In this document: positions 1 to 11,108 of the stretch, in pieces
Numbering within the stretch: the first letter of the stretch is position 1
Layout of the letters: every line of letters starts with the position of its first letter
Assembly (NCBI GenBank): GCA_000320545.1
Contig: ADNK01002538.1
Coordinates: forward strand, 1 to 42,172
DNA: 42,172 nucleotides
Source: Bigelowiella natans CCMP2755
Taxonomy: Eukaryota > Protista > Cercozoa
Reading direction: 5' to 3'
Position numbers and translations under genes: made by a program
Notes under the pieces: model-generated
What the model saw: only the letters and a program-made list of their open reading frames with translations
Databases searched by the model: none
Told to the model about the DNA's origin: nothing

Positions 1-274
1 TATGAAACGCAGCAGGCAATCCGTTCACGTACGCCTGTGATACCTTCTCGCGGGGAATATCGAGATGCGAGTTGGTTCTGTGATAGACTGCTATTCATAC
101 GTCCGCAAGGTGAAATTGTTCATCTACGCTCAAGTGAACTAATGTGTATTAGAAACACGCGCTATTTTATATTGGTTAGTAGTCCTCATGTGAGTGGGAC
201 AATCACACACACGAACGTCAACACTGTCGTTCACACACACACTTGTATATAGATATATATAGTTATCAGTAGAC

Positions 275-319
<45 letters not shown>

Positions 320-1140
320 GCCTAAATTTAAGTGTGTATGAGTTATATACAACAGAGGACCTTCATCTAATGCCTTAGCCTGATTCACCGTGCGAGGAAA
401 GCTAATGAATGGAATGTATTGTAAGAGATCTAGAAGATTTCACAAATACTTTGATACAATGTGCGTGCGCGCGCACGCGCGTGTGTGTCTAAGGTGCGGG
501 ACATGGTTGAATAGCCACGCCTACCCATCTAAGAGCCAGCGATTCGTCTTAGCTTCCACATCAACAACATGAGCAAGCACAACATCCACCTACCACACCA
601 TCAGATAGATCACGATTAGATGACGATGATGATGATGATGATGATGATGATGCAGGGGGGGATGTGCATCGCCACTAGACCAGCCACGCTATACCCTCCA
701 TTCACACCATGCTACAGCGGAGGAGATGTTACAAAGAGAGTTCTTCGTGACAAACGAGATCAAACTAAGAGCGACAAGGATGGTGATGACAGAGAGCACG
801 TATAGAGCTACTCGTCCTTAAAACTACATATCAATCGCATTACCAGAAGGTTGTCAGGCACTAGCTCTCCCTTATCCATGAAACCCTTTGCTTCTTTTCC
901 CAGCTGAGTTCCTTCCTGTGTGTGTAGGGGGGGGGGGGGGGCGTGTGTGTCGAATGCATATTTTTTATGGTTGATGCTCATCAACAACCGTGATATGTCC
1001 TCGAAGGGCGTCACCGCTTGAGAAGTGCTTTAGCGAAAACCTGATAAGATCAAGATCCACTCGTCACTGGCTTATGTGCATACCTTATTGTTATAATGCC
1101 TGTGGAGAAATACGAAGAGCAAGTTGATAAATTAAATATT

Positions 1141-1182
<42 letters not shown>

Positions 1183-1449
1183 TATATGCGGGCCTAAAGC
1201 GTATATGCTTCGGATGTACGCACTCCTTAACGAGCCTTGATGACAAAGTCCCTTTGCCGCCTCCAGGGGGGCCCATTATCAAGCATCTAAAACAAACAAA
1301 ATAACACACTGATCACGACGAAGAGGCGCCGCAGCAGTACATCAGCGCTCGCATGACCTTAAAGAGGACAGGTGACGTGTATGGCTGCTCTGCCGTGGCA
1401 CTTGGCTTCGCATAGCCTTGGGGGAACGCGTCGTCAGCGCTCGCAACAT
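1..1449 (-). CDS. AK3: Adenylate kinase (AK3/AK4-like, mitochondrial presequence); multi-exon, 3' end not traced and probably runs off the window start
   Basis: Spliced on GT-AG boundaries: MLRALTTRSPKAMRSQVPRQSSHTRHLSSLR (ATG 1449) | CLIMGPPGGGKGTLSSRLVKE (~1224-1287, P-loop) | FSLKHFSSGDALRGHIT | EGTQLGKEAKGFMDKGELVPDNLL | VDVVLAHVVDVEAKTNRWLLDG | FPRTVNQAKALDE (~361-402). The GPPGxGKGT, SSGD, GELVPD and LDGFPR motifs are diagnostic. The subfamily call is inference. Confidence 0.93.
275..316. repeat. (GT)n microsatellite, one of dozens of intronic (TA)n, (GT)n, (GA)n, (GAT)n, (TAG)n and poly-C/G tracts across the window
   Basis: Directly visible. Other examples: 1146-1178, 13118-13150, 16296-16470, 19995-20122, 31812-31890. 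Confidence 0.95.
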
Positions 1450-1742
1450 CGGCAGAACTGTTGAGCGAAGGGGCTGCGGGACGCGAGAAGGGGGGGGTTT
1501 CGATCGTCGACGGACCGAGACAGTAAATAATTTGTCCCGGATATTTCCTAAACGGTGCGGCCAAAAAAGACTTTGTCAAAAACGGCATTAAATATTTATC
1601 TGCGACAACTATTTTGAGCTCGCATTTAGCATTTATAGAGGGTCTGAGAAAGTGTATGCGAGGAAAGAGCGACATTAATTTAACCTTGTCGCAGCTTATA
1701 AATAGATTGATATTCGAAATAAATTCTTCCCGTCTACCGATA
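1450..1742. promoter_or_regulatory. Short divergent (probably bidirectional) promoter region between adenylate kinase and ferredoxin
   Basis: About 290 bp between two outward-facing ATGs, with no microsatellites. Confidence 0.55.
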
Positions 1743-2975
1743 ATGGGACCACGCGCCTCCCCGTCGCCTGTTGCAGTATGTACGATTGTGACTATTCTCG
1801 TCGTAATGGCCATAAGTGCGACCGGATTTCAAAGACCGGAATTGAGTCTCAGTCCTCAGAGTGTGTCTCGGCGGGTACTTTGTCTTTATGTTCGCCATCC
1901 TGTCTCCCCCCCTCCCTCTCTGTGGGCGTGTGTTGGGGAGTGTGTGTGGACGTAATTGCTTCATCTTCGGCCTCGAACGCTTCGTCCAAACAAATTTCTT
2001 TGCATTTTCAGATTATACGACCATACTTAGCTCGAGGTCTTAATGCCGGTGCCTTTGGGAGACGCAGTATGCGTCCCCTCAGCCGTCGTTGGGGGGAAAA
2101 GGAGATTATCAAGTGTTTCGCTGGCAAGCCAGTCACTTTGAAGGTCATTGACCCTGATGGTACCGAGAAGGAAATCAAAGGTAACTTTAAAGTTGATTCT
2201 TCGTCTTTGTGGCATCATATTTTTGGTGACATTGATGAATGAGCTGATTGCTGGAATCCCCTTAGCCCAAAAAGGTGACATTCTTCGAGACGTGCTCTTA
2301 GAGAACGAAGTCGACGTCTACGACTGGTAGCATTCATATATATCCAGAATTTTTTACGATGATGACTACAAAAAGAATATGATGAGAATTTCAATCTTTT
2401 TCACGACCCTATGCATGTTCGTGAAGTTGCTGCTCACGATCGCTTTTTCTAGGTGGGGAAAGGGTATGAACTGTGGGGGTCAGGGAGCTTGCCTCACCTG
2501 TCTCGTGGATGTCGATAGTGGATGTGGTCAGAACATAATTCTAACAAGCATATAAATGAATTTTATATATGATAATGAAAATGTAACTGCGTCGATTCTG
2601 AATCCGACCAGAGTTAAGAGAAATTGTATGGTTTTTTTGCGGAACATTTTTTTACGTTACAAAGATTTATTGAAGGTGCTCGGACGTAACGTTCTTGCGT
2701 ATCATTGTATTAAATCCGAGAAGAGTGCTGAATAGCCACTTACCTAATAGGCGAAAGATCGGATTATGAAAACAAGAAGCTCAAGAACAAACCGCAGGTG
2801 AAGAAAAACATATACATTGGCCAGTTAGATTGATAGCCTTAAGATTCTTGAATTCCCATCGATAGGACACTGAGTGCAGTCTTATCGTGTTGTTGCTTAG
2901 ACCTGGAGACTCGCTTGTCAATCGGTGTTAGAGGGGAATACGGTGGTGAAGACAAAACCCCAAACTAAGAACTAG
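1743..2975 (+). CDS. Plastid-targeted 2Fe-2S ferredoxin (cyanobacterial/plant PnsB3-related family) with bipartite signal + transit peptide
   Basis: Six exons: ~1743-1874, 2012-2180, 2265-2326, 2453-2526, 2751-2797, 2901-2975. Product: MGPRASPSPVAVCTIVTILVVMAISATG...GKPVTLKVIDPDGTEKEIKAQKGDILRDVLLENEVDVYDWWGKGMNCGGQGACLTCLVDVDSGCGERSDYENKKLKNKPQTWRLACQSVLEGNTVVKTKPQTKN*. It carries the CxxxxxCxxC...RLAC cluster ligands. Confidence 0.92.
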
Positions 2976-3379
2976 CTTGCTGCTGGAGTGCAACATGGAA
3001 TGATTCGCAACGGTGTTTCAGATTGCCAGCATGATAGATTATTATGGCTTCCGAATGAAATGGTCCTATACGTGAATGATGAATTTAAGCCGGCATGAAA
3101 ATCTAAAGAAAACATTCAATAGCTTCTCACATGTCAGCACAGCACGACGCGCCATGACTGCTAGCGAAACGTGCTGTTGTCTGCCTGATGCATATTTTCA
3201 TGGAGTGTCATCATCTTTTCAAAATGCAAAAGCAGGCACCAAAACCCCCGCCCGACCGACCAACTCACGACGAACGAAAAGTGAAACTACCCCCTCACTG
3301 TGACCTGCAACCACCTAGTTTCTACTCTCTTTTTTTCCACTGTGCATGGAGATTGAGGATTCTAATGACATCAAAATAG

Positions 3380-4380
3380 AAAATGCAAAAGGCCACAATG
3401 ATGATCATGAGGAGCTTGAATGATTCGAGACATCGACAGTTGAAACTGTCGCAGATTCCAAAGGAAAAATTAAACGTGAAGTCGAAACGAGAATGTCTGC
3501 ACCACAAAAGTGCGCAACAAAGACAGCTGAGGTTTTCAAAGCGGTCATCAAGATTTCCAAAATAAACCAAATTGAATGCGATGCGATTCTGCAGCAGATG
3601 TGAACAAAGATTCCATGTAAAGGTTGATCGAGCACAATCTTGCCGACAGCAAAGACAAGATGCAGATCTCAAGTGGCCAATCAAAGACAAATCAATGGCA
3701 GTGACATGCGGGCAAAATTGCGAAATTTTTGCAAGTTTTCTCGACCAAACAGGCAAACATCGTCAAAATTTCAAATCTCTCATCACCGCAAATTCGTCAG
3801 GCGGTTGCACACGTATCAATGCATGATTCCTTGCATCCTGTTGCTAAATTGTGAGCCGGCGCAGCACAGTCTAGCAGTGGCAGAGTGACATGGATTTTGC
3901 TGCTCATTTTGGGCACATGCTCGACATGTCTGTTGCACACGCCAGCACGGTAAAACGTGTGTCACAAAACAAGACAGTTTGTCATGAATTCGCGATCAGG
4001 CACAACACAGTGAAATGCTACGGCTTGTCCGTTGGCACATCCTAGCATCGCTCGCTCTCACATGACTAGCTAGCTAGACAACAATGCGTCCACACATGAA
4101 CATTTCAACGCCGGGGCAACGTGCATGTGGCATGCAACGTCTCCTTGATCACCATGACAACCCGTTTACCCGTGGTGCCCATCAGAATGTGGCGCCAAAT
4201 TTCGTCTCTGCGCATTCTCCTCGTCAGCTCGCTGCTTCCGAAGTTTGTTCGAAACTTTCTCCCGCAGCGTGTCAATGTGTGGCGGTGGCCATTCATCTTT
4301 GTCTCCATGACATGACAGCGACAGTCGATGCGACGAGGGTGAAGTGTGCTCCAAACCTTGTCCAGGACCAGCCTTCAGAT
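3380..4380. other. TpA-depleted island 1 (convergent junction ferredoxin / polycystin-like gene); may overlie a decayed coding or transposon relic
   Basis: Only 6 TpA in 3421-3900 (hand count) despite AT-rich sequence. CpG is retained. ctagctagctag occurs at ~4066-4077. Confidence 0.7.
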
Positions 4381-7300
4381 CTTTCGTTTCTGCTGTTTCA
4401 GTGATCTCAAACGTGGCGTAAAAGTGCCGCTGCAGTGCGTGAATTCTTCTGAGTTCACGAATGGCATCGCTTTTGGTGGAGACGGGTGTGCCATTCAGTC
4501 TGGCTAGACGCCAGCCTCGCTGCACGCCGACGTTCCTCGCCTGGTCATAGGCCCGGACGACAAAGTTGCGTCTGTCTAGCTTGCACACGCCGCGGTCGGT
4601 GTCGAAGCGGTAAGTGTATTTGGTATCGGTCCCAGGGACGACACCTTTCTCGGTGCCCGAGGCACAAAGACCGCACACCATGAAGCAAGGAAACATGACG
4701 TAGAGCCACGGCCCTGTCAAGACGGCCTCCAACCACAAGATCGTGCACAGACGGGCTCCAACGTCCTGCGGCCATGTGAGCAGGGAAGTCGCTACAATGT
4801 CCCAATCCGTTCCCTCTTTCTCTATGGATTGGTGTCCCAGCACAAGCACTATGAAAGCACAGCCCGCTGAAGCCACCACGCAAATCGCTGCGGCAACCAC
4901 GTCCCTCAACACCCACTCATTGTAAGACGGTCTGCTAGAATGTCGCATGAGGGTCATCAGCCCGCAGCAGCATTCGACCGTTTTGGTACCGTTTTCTTCC
5001 ACATCTAACGGATCTGTTCTCCAAGACTGCCCCGCTTTGGCTTGGGTTCTAGTTCGTTTGCTTTTCATTTCTGACGTAGAACTGGCGGGCACGCCAAGAC
5101 TGGTTGTGGTGCGCAAGAACAACAAGTTCTGGTTGCTGTTAAAGTCGTCAATCCTGTCTAGACTCCGTGTCCCGCGTGAGCTCTCTACACTACCCGATGA
5201 CCTCATCTTAGATGCAGTCGCTCCTTGGCTTGGGTCGTCAGCCGACGTGGACTGCATGTCGGCATTCATTTTCAGGGTGCTCTTGAAGGCTTGTGCACTT
5301 TGCAACCTTTTGTACCTCCTACCTGCATTCGCTCCGACCAACCCTGCTTCCACCCCGACGGCCCCTGACGCAGCTGCAGCAGCAGCTGGAACTGCTGCTG
5401 TGTTTCTCTGGTCAACCACCAAAATGCCCTCATCTTCCTTATGCCTTCCGGTTCTGCCATCATCGTCATCATCATCACCGTCGTCTCCTTCTCCAACACG
5501 TTCTTGGTCCATGTCGTTGTCCCCCCCGGCATCATCCTCGATCTGCAAACCAAAATCGTATTCCATTTCTCCCATGAGCACGGAAACGACCCAGAACAAC
5601 CAAGGTATCGCCGCCACGAGGCCAAGCGGCGTGTAGCCCATTCTGAACTCCTTCGGTGTCTCTCGTGAAAACATAGATACGACCAGGAATGGCAGTGGAA
5701 ACCCAATGAACAATGCCACGACGGCCACTGCGACATTTCCACGAATGAATCCAAGCTTCTGTTCTGTTCCCAGCAGGAGAGCGCACACGGCAGCCGCGTT
5801 GAAAATCAGAAGGGAAAGGATCATGACTCGTTTTTTTGAATCGATATTGTCTCCGGGCATTCGGGTGAAGATGGACATCCAGGGGTGTCTTCTTCGGACG
5901 GCAAGAACCATCGATTTTTTCCAATTAGCGGCTGAACGAGGTTCCTCGAAATGCAGTTTGCGCGATTGGTTGAGGCTCCGATAAAATTCACGCTCATTTC
6001 TCTCAACAGCTTCTTTGGTCGCAGCGTATGGGGGTTATCTCATACGTGTCATCGTTGTTACCGCTGAGACGATGTTAGACACCGAACTGACTGAGGAAGC
6101 GACGAAATCGTTGATGTTCGGTTCGAGGAGAACTGAGGTGATGGCGGAGGTTGCCAAGCTAGGAGGCGGAACAGCGCTCAAGTTGGAAAGTATCGCGAGG
6201 GTCCGCTCTGTGACCTGCCCGATGATGGATGCAGAACAATGTGCATCAGCGATGGCGGTCAGCAAGCTCTCTCTTTCTCTCTTTCTTCCAATTCTCTCTT
6301 TCTCTCTCTGTCTCTCTCTTCCCCTCCCTCTTTCCCCATTGATGATTTCAATGTCTTTTTTCAGACCAGTGACCTCCTACCTTGCTGGATATTTCCACTG
6401 CTCTCCCTTCGGGGTAGTCCGTGAGCTGGTCTACAAGCCCCGCGACAGTTGCCCGAGGCAGGGACCTTGCAGAGCTCTGCACTGCTGATCTAGGTGAGCG
6501 CTGTGAGCGCTGCAAGCTAGGGCTCACCTCCGCGACTAGAGACAGGAGACTCTCTCTCGTGGAAATGGCCTCCTGGATTGAGATCCTGGTGCCTCTTGTG
6601 GCGCTAGTAGCGTTGGAGGTCGGGCCGGCCGCATCTGCGTTGTGCAGCAGCAGCGACGCCACACCCAATGCGCCGACGACGAAACTCTGCGTGCTGCCTT
6701 CCTGCACTCGCCCTTCAAGATCACGAGAGAGGGCGGCGACGGACACGTTGTTTGGAGATGGCTCTACGTTCAGCCTGATTTCTTCATGGGCCGCGGCGCC
6801 GTTGCAATCGTAGATGGAGGCTTGGACCCGCGTGGCGGTTGAGGCTGACGATGACTGTGACAACAGAGGCCCGAGGAGCTGGGTCTCAAGGTAACCGCTG
6901 CGTCTTCTGCCGCAGAGAGAAACCAGCCGTTTGGTGGACTCTGTGCCCCCTCCCCCCCCGTCCCCCAAAACGTCCTTGTCGTCATCGGTGATGATCAGCG
7001 AGAATGAGTAGGTGAGAGGAACATCGGCGTCCTCGTACCCCTCGCATGCAAGTTGGAACTGTGTCTGGAGCGCGTAGCCGCTCGCCGGGTTCGCCGAACA
7101 GCTCCCTAACCTCGGCGGGGTGTTCACAGCGACAACAAACGAAGCTCGTCCGGCGAGATTAGAAGGAACTGCGGTGTCTGTGACCGTCAGCTGGAAGGAC
7201 AGCTGCGTCCGAACCCCTGCCGTGAATGTCGAAGGATCTAAAGCCTCCCGTAGCATCTCGGCGGGGATGTGGAGGTACGTGCTGTTCTAGCGGCTCTGAC

Positions 7301-9789
7301 CGATGGCCGCCGTCGTGATGTTGGAGGGCGAGAGCAACGACGGGAGGTCCAAGAAATAGCTCTCTGTCCCGGCATCCGTGGAAACCTGGCACGTCCAGTT
7401 GTAACGCAGGGTCCTCCCTGACGATGGGGCCCATGAGGAGGAAGAGGAGGACCTGTGGACGACATGGCTGACGAGACGCAGATCGGTATCAATATTGAGG
7501 GTCCCTGGACCTCTTTCGAACGATGAATCGCCAGGCGGTCGGTCGATGCTGACGCTCGGTGTGCCAAAATTGACGATTCGGACCCGTTGGGTAGCGGTGC
7601 TTGTGCGTCTCAGGGTAGCATCACCATCAGGGTTGGACGAGACGTTGACGCGCACCTCGTAGAGCCTTCCCGCTACGAACACGCTTGCGTTGACCGACAG
7701 GATGGAGGATGCGGAAGAGACTGTGGGCAAAGGCACAACCTGCTGCGAGACCAAATCGACTAGCAACCATGCGTAGCGGAGGTGCGAGTTGTTACCACTG
7801 GGCCCACGCGATGGATCGTAGGAGCTGCTGGCGTCGAAGACAACCGTCATCATTCCAGACGGAGAGAAGTAGTTAGGAACTACTTCCCGCTGGTCGCCAC
7901 CATCGATCGCAGATACCAACGCAGGGTAAGACGCTATGAAGACCTAGCATGCAAAATTAAAAATAAGAATGGTATGTATGTTAAATGGGGCTCATGTTCG
8001 ACGACGCAGGCAAAAGCCTCTAAAATGTGCTTGAGGAAGAAAGGGAGGATGGGACCTTGAACGTGATGTTTGCGATAGCGCTCACAGCAGATCCTGTGAC
8101 CGTGGCTGCGAACGCTTTTAGCTCGAACTCATAAGATGCGTCTGCCGTGAGCGTTCCCACAGGCACATAGAGGTACGCAGCGGTCGGATCGACAAGGGGT
8201 ACTGATACCAACCCGTTGTTGTTGTGGCTTGTGCTGCTGTTGGTGGTGGTGGTGCCCCCGCCGCTGATCTTATATGCGGACCGCTGCGAAACTGCAATTA
8301 TCGTCTGCGTAGTTTGGACGCTCTGGCTTAAGTTACAGGTTGGCGGGACTACTTGGACTTCTAGCCGGAAATCTTCCGAAACGGGTACCGCATCGATGGT
8401 CAGCGGAGCTGGGAGGATGAAACTCGGTTGCGCGCTGCTCTCCTGAAATATCATATAATACAGAACTCAGAGTTCGGGAAGAAGCAAACGATGATAGCAT
8501 GTGTAAGGCTATTGAGAAGAGAGAGAGAAAGAGTGAGAGAGAGAGAGAGGACATGGACTCGTTACATAAAAAGGGAAAGCTTGCAGAAAAAAATAAAGAG
8601 AAATAATGGGTGGGAAGAAAGAGAGAAAAGAGAAGGAAATTTAAAAAAAAATAGTGATTACATGCGGAAGGGGTCAGAGGAGACGTTGATGTCTATCACA
8701 TCTAACAATAAATCTCTTATTCTTTCAAAATTCTCATGCCCTCCTGGTTCGTTCTGTGATGTACATTTTTTCAGAAGAAACACCTTTGTAATGACATGAA
8801 CGGCAGAAGAGGTTTGGTTCAAGAAGTTGGTCACGTTCACTCGAATCTTCATCGCGTAGCCACTAGTGAGGATGAAAACGGGAATGGAAACTACTGCCTT
8901 TGACGATTGTGTTGCTTGGGCAAAGACCACTTCGATCTCTTCCAAGGAACTCAGCTGCGATGAAGGTGTGCCGCCGCTGTGGATGAGTTCCCACGATACG
9001 CTGAACACATGCACACATTTGGCCTTTCCGTCAGGTGAGTTTTATCGGGCTAAAACCGTTTCTCAGAAGACACACCTCCTATTTCTTCCCGCAAAGCCTC
9101 CAAGCTGTGCAATTACTGTCACGTGCGTTTCGCAGATACTAAACGAGGAAGCCGCGAGGAGGGTCACCGTTACCTGCGGAACATCGTCGATATCAGTAAA
9201 ATTGCGTGACTACAAAGAGTCTTAACCCTTCTTCAAATATAGCTACTATTGCTACCACTTTTCCTCCTCCTCCTCCTACTAGTGCTGTACCGGGGAGACT
9301 TTAAATGAACTCGTTGTCGGAGACACCGTACTTGGTGAGAGAGTCGGGGTTTTAGCAACCGGAGACATAGAAGTGGGATTGCAAGTTGGAACCTCTGTAG
9401 GCGACATTGAAGTCGGCGACAGCGTTGATGGTGCAATAGATGTTGGGGAGCATGAGGATGGAGAATGTGAGGTAGGCAAAAGCGATGTAGGAGAAAATGT
9501 TAATGGTGATCGAGTCGAGGGGGAGCACGATGAAGGGCTTTGGGTAGCAGGAGATAAAGTGGAAGGGGACAAAGTTGTTGGAGTCCTCGTAGGGATGTGT
9601 GTATACGGATGTCCAGAGGTAGGGTGGATGGTAGGCCTATACATAGACGAAAGACGATACATCAATTGAGTTTGATGATGAAGATGCTAATGAAGACACT
9701 AATGATAAGAGGAGCAAGCTACATATGAGGGCCACCGGAAATTGTGCATTGTTGTTCCGTCATATTCGTTGATCGTACCACACGAACTC

Positions 9790-9831
<42 letters not shown>

Positions 9832-10063
9832 TCTCCTTCTTCTCTCTTCTAGCTGTTCATCATCATTACCGGTCAGTCTTCGGCGATGAAGAAGGGGAGC
9901 GGGTTGTCGGCGCTAGGGTAGGGGTTGCAGTGGGGGATCGCGTCGGAGTTGGGGTGGGGGCGTGGCTGTGTGGACTATGGCAGCGTGGCCATGAGGAGTG
10001 TGTCTGTGTGGACTATGGCCATGCCCGCCGCCGCCGCCACATAGAGGATGCACACGCCGTGTC
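4166..10063 (-). pseudogene. Polycystin-1/REJ-domain-type large membrane receptor, probably disrupted
   Basis: N-terminal His-Pro and PT/SPT mucin-like repeats (9290-9650, 9870-10020). REJ/PKD module: FDASSSYDP, YAWLL, LSFQLTVTD, NTPPRLGSCSANPASGYALQTQFQLACEGYEDADVPLTYSF. Polycystin-type TM block HPWMSIFTRMPGDNIDSKKRVMILSLLIF. Further TM helices and a PDZ-like tail (QARNVGVQRGWRLARLNG). In-frame TAG at 7287-7289. No GPS or first TM segment is visible. Confidence 0.72.
9290..9650 (-). repeat. Coding repeat of ~5-aa SPT/PT units (mucin-like stalk exon)
   Basis: TLSPSTLSPATQSPSSCSPSTRSPLTFSPTSLLPTSHSPSSCSPTSIAPSTLSPTSMSPTEVPT. Confidence 0.8.
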
Positions 10064-10138
10064 TGATAGAAATATTGCAAATGTAAACTACACGAATAGG
10101 CCCTTTGATTTGCAAGAAATGAAATACACTCCTCAACT

Positions 10139-10340
10139 CTACGCTTGAGATTTTGTTAACTTCCCAAGTGAATAAAACTTAAGATCTTGACGGGTAATGT
10201 GCCATGTCGCTCCATCACAAATAACTCCTCCACGCTTTTTTTTGGAGTGTGTCATTAATCTGGCTGCCAGGTTGACACAATTGCCAAGAATTGAATACTC
10301 TCTACGAGATGGGTTTCCTATTATACCGCAAAATGCTAAA
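10139..10340 (-). pseudogene. Fragment of a class III (soluble, ADCY10-like) adenylyl cyclase catalytic domain, C-terminal half only
   Basis: AFCGIIGNPSRREYSILGNCVNLAARLMTHSKKKRGGVICDGATWHITRQDLKFYSLG matches the FCGxxGxxxRxEYxxxGxxVNLAARLM signature. The metal-binding N-terminal half is absent. Confidence 0.8.
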
Positions 10341-11108
10341 TTTGCTTCGATGTTATCAGGATCAGGTTGTTCACCAGATGATTTCATTTCTGTGTAAATA
10401 TCGGTAACATAGATAAACATGAATGACTTCTTTCGTGGATAAAGAGTCACGCATTTTATTTGCGCTATATTCCACCAAACTGCCACGCTTTGGGGGTTCC
10501 CTCCAAAATTAGGGAGAAAGCAAAATGACGTTTTCTCAAGAGTCAAAAAGCTGCCGCATTCTCACTTAATTTGTATTCATGTGCAAATTTTCTGCTACTT
10601 TTTCGGCAATTTTTCTGTTAATACCATCATCCGATTGTGCTCCTTCGCTTCTCCTATCGTTTTGTGAGAACCCCAATGCATGAACAAGGCGATGGAAAAT
10701 TCCCCTAAAAAAAAGTGAAATAATCTTATACAAAAAATATTTACTTTCCTACTGCCCATGAGTCCGTATATATTGGCAGAACGTAATACAAGATAATGAA
10801 TCACTCCCTCGATTTTCTAGCAACACATACCTGCTTTCTTCCTTCTTTATCGCAGTTTTGTTCTCTTCGCCGGTTTTAATGTTGTCATTTTTTTTATGAT
10901 TCAAATGTCTTTCTTCACCGTCGTCCTCATCGCGGAAAGTATCTTCGAACGTAACTTCATCATACCACTCCTGTGATTCCAAATCTTCTGGATCATTGGG
11001 CTTTGCCTTTGGCGTCACCGGGTTCTTCTCGTTGTTATCATTCTGCCTGTCGACCTCGCTTTTGGATGTCGGAAGCTGCTTTCCAGCGGGGTCGACAGGA
11101 TTTACCAA
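10341..11108 (-). CDS. Hypothetical coding fragments (acidic low-complexity exon, then short globular-looking exons) leading in frame into the cyclase fragment
   Basis: ORFs 10749-11108, 10595-10804 and 10139-10546 are separated by short GT-AG intron-like gaps. No family was recognised. Confidence 0.35.

Noticed and set aside
4947-5636. 229-aa + strand ORF and other ORFs overlapping the receptor
   Set aside because: These are antisense shadows of a GC-rich coding exon and carry no motifs.
6268-6381. Non-canonical intron with a purine-rich 3' end
   Set aside because: It is still GT-AG, and GA/CT tracts occur in both orientations throughout the introns here.
7287-7289. TAG reassigned to an amino acid (alternative genetic code)
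   Set aside because: TAG is the natural stop of the ferredoxin and Spc24 models, and no other internal TAGs were seen in conserved exons.
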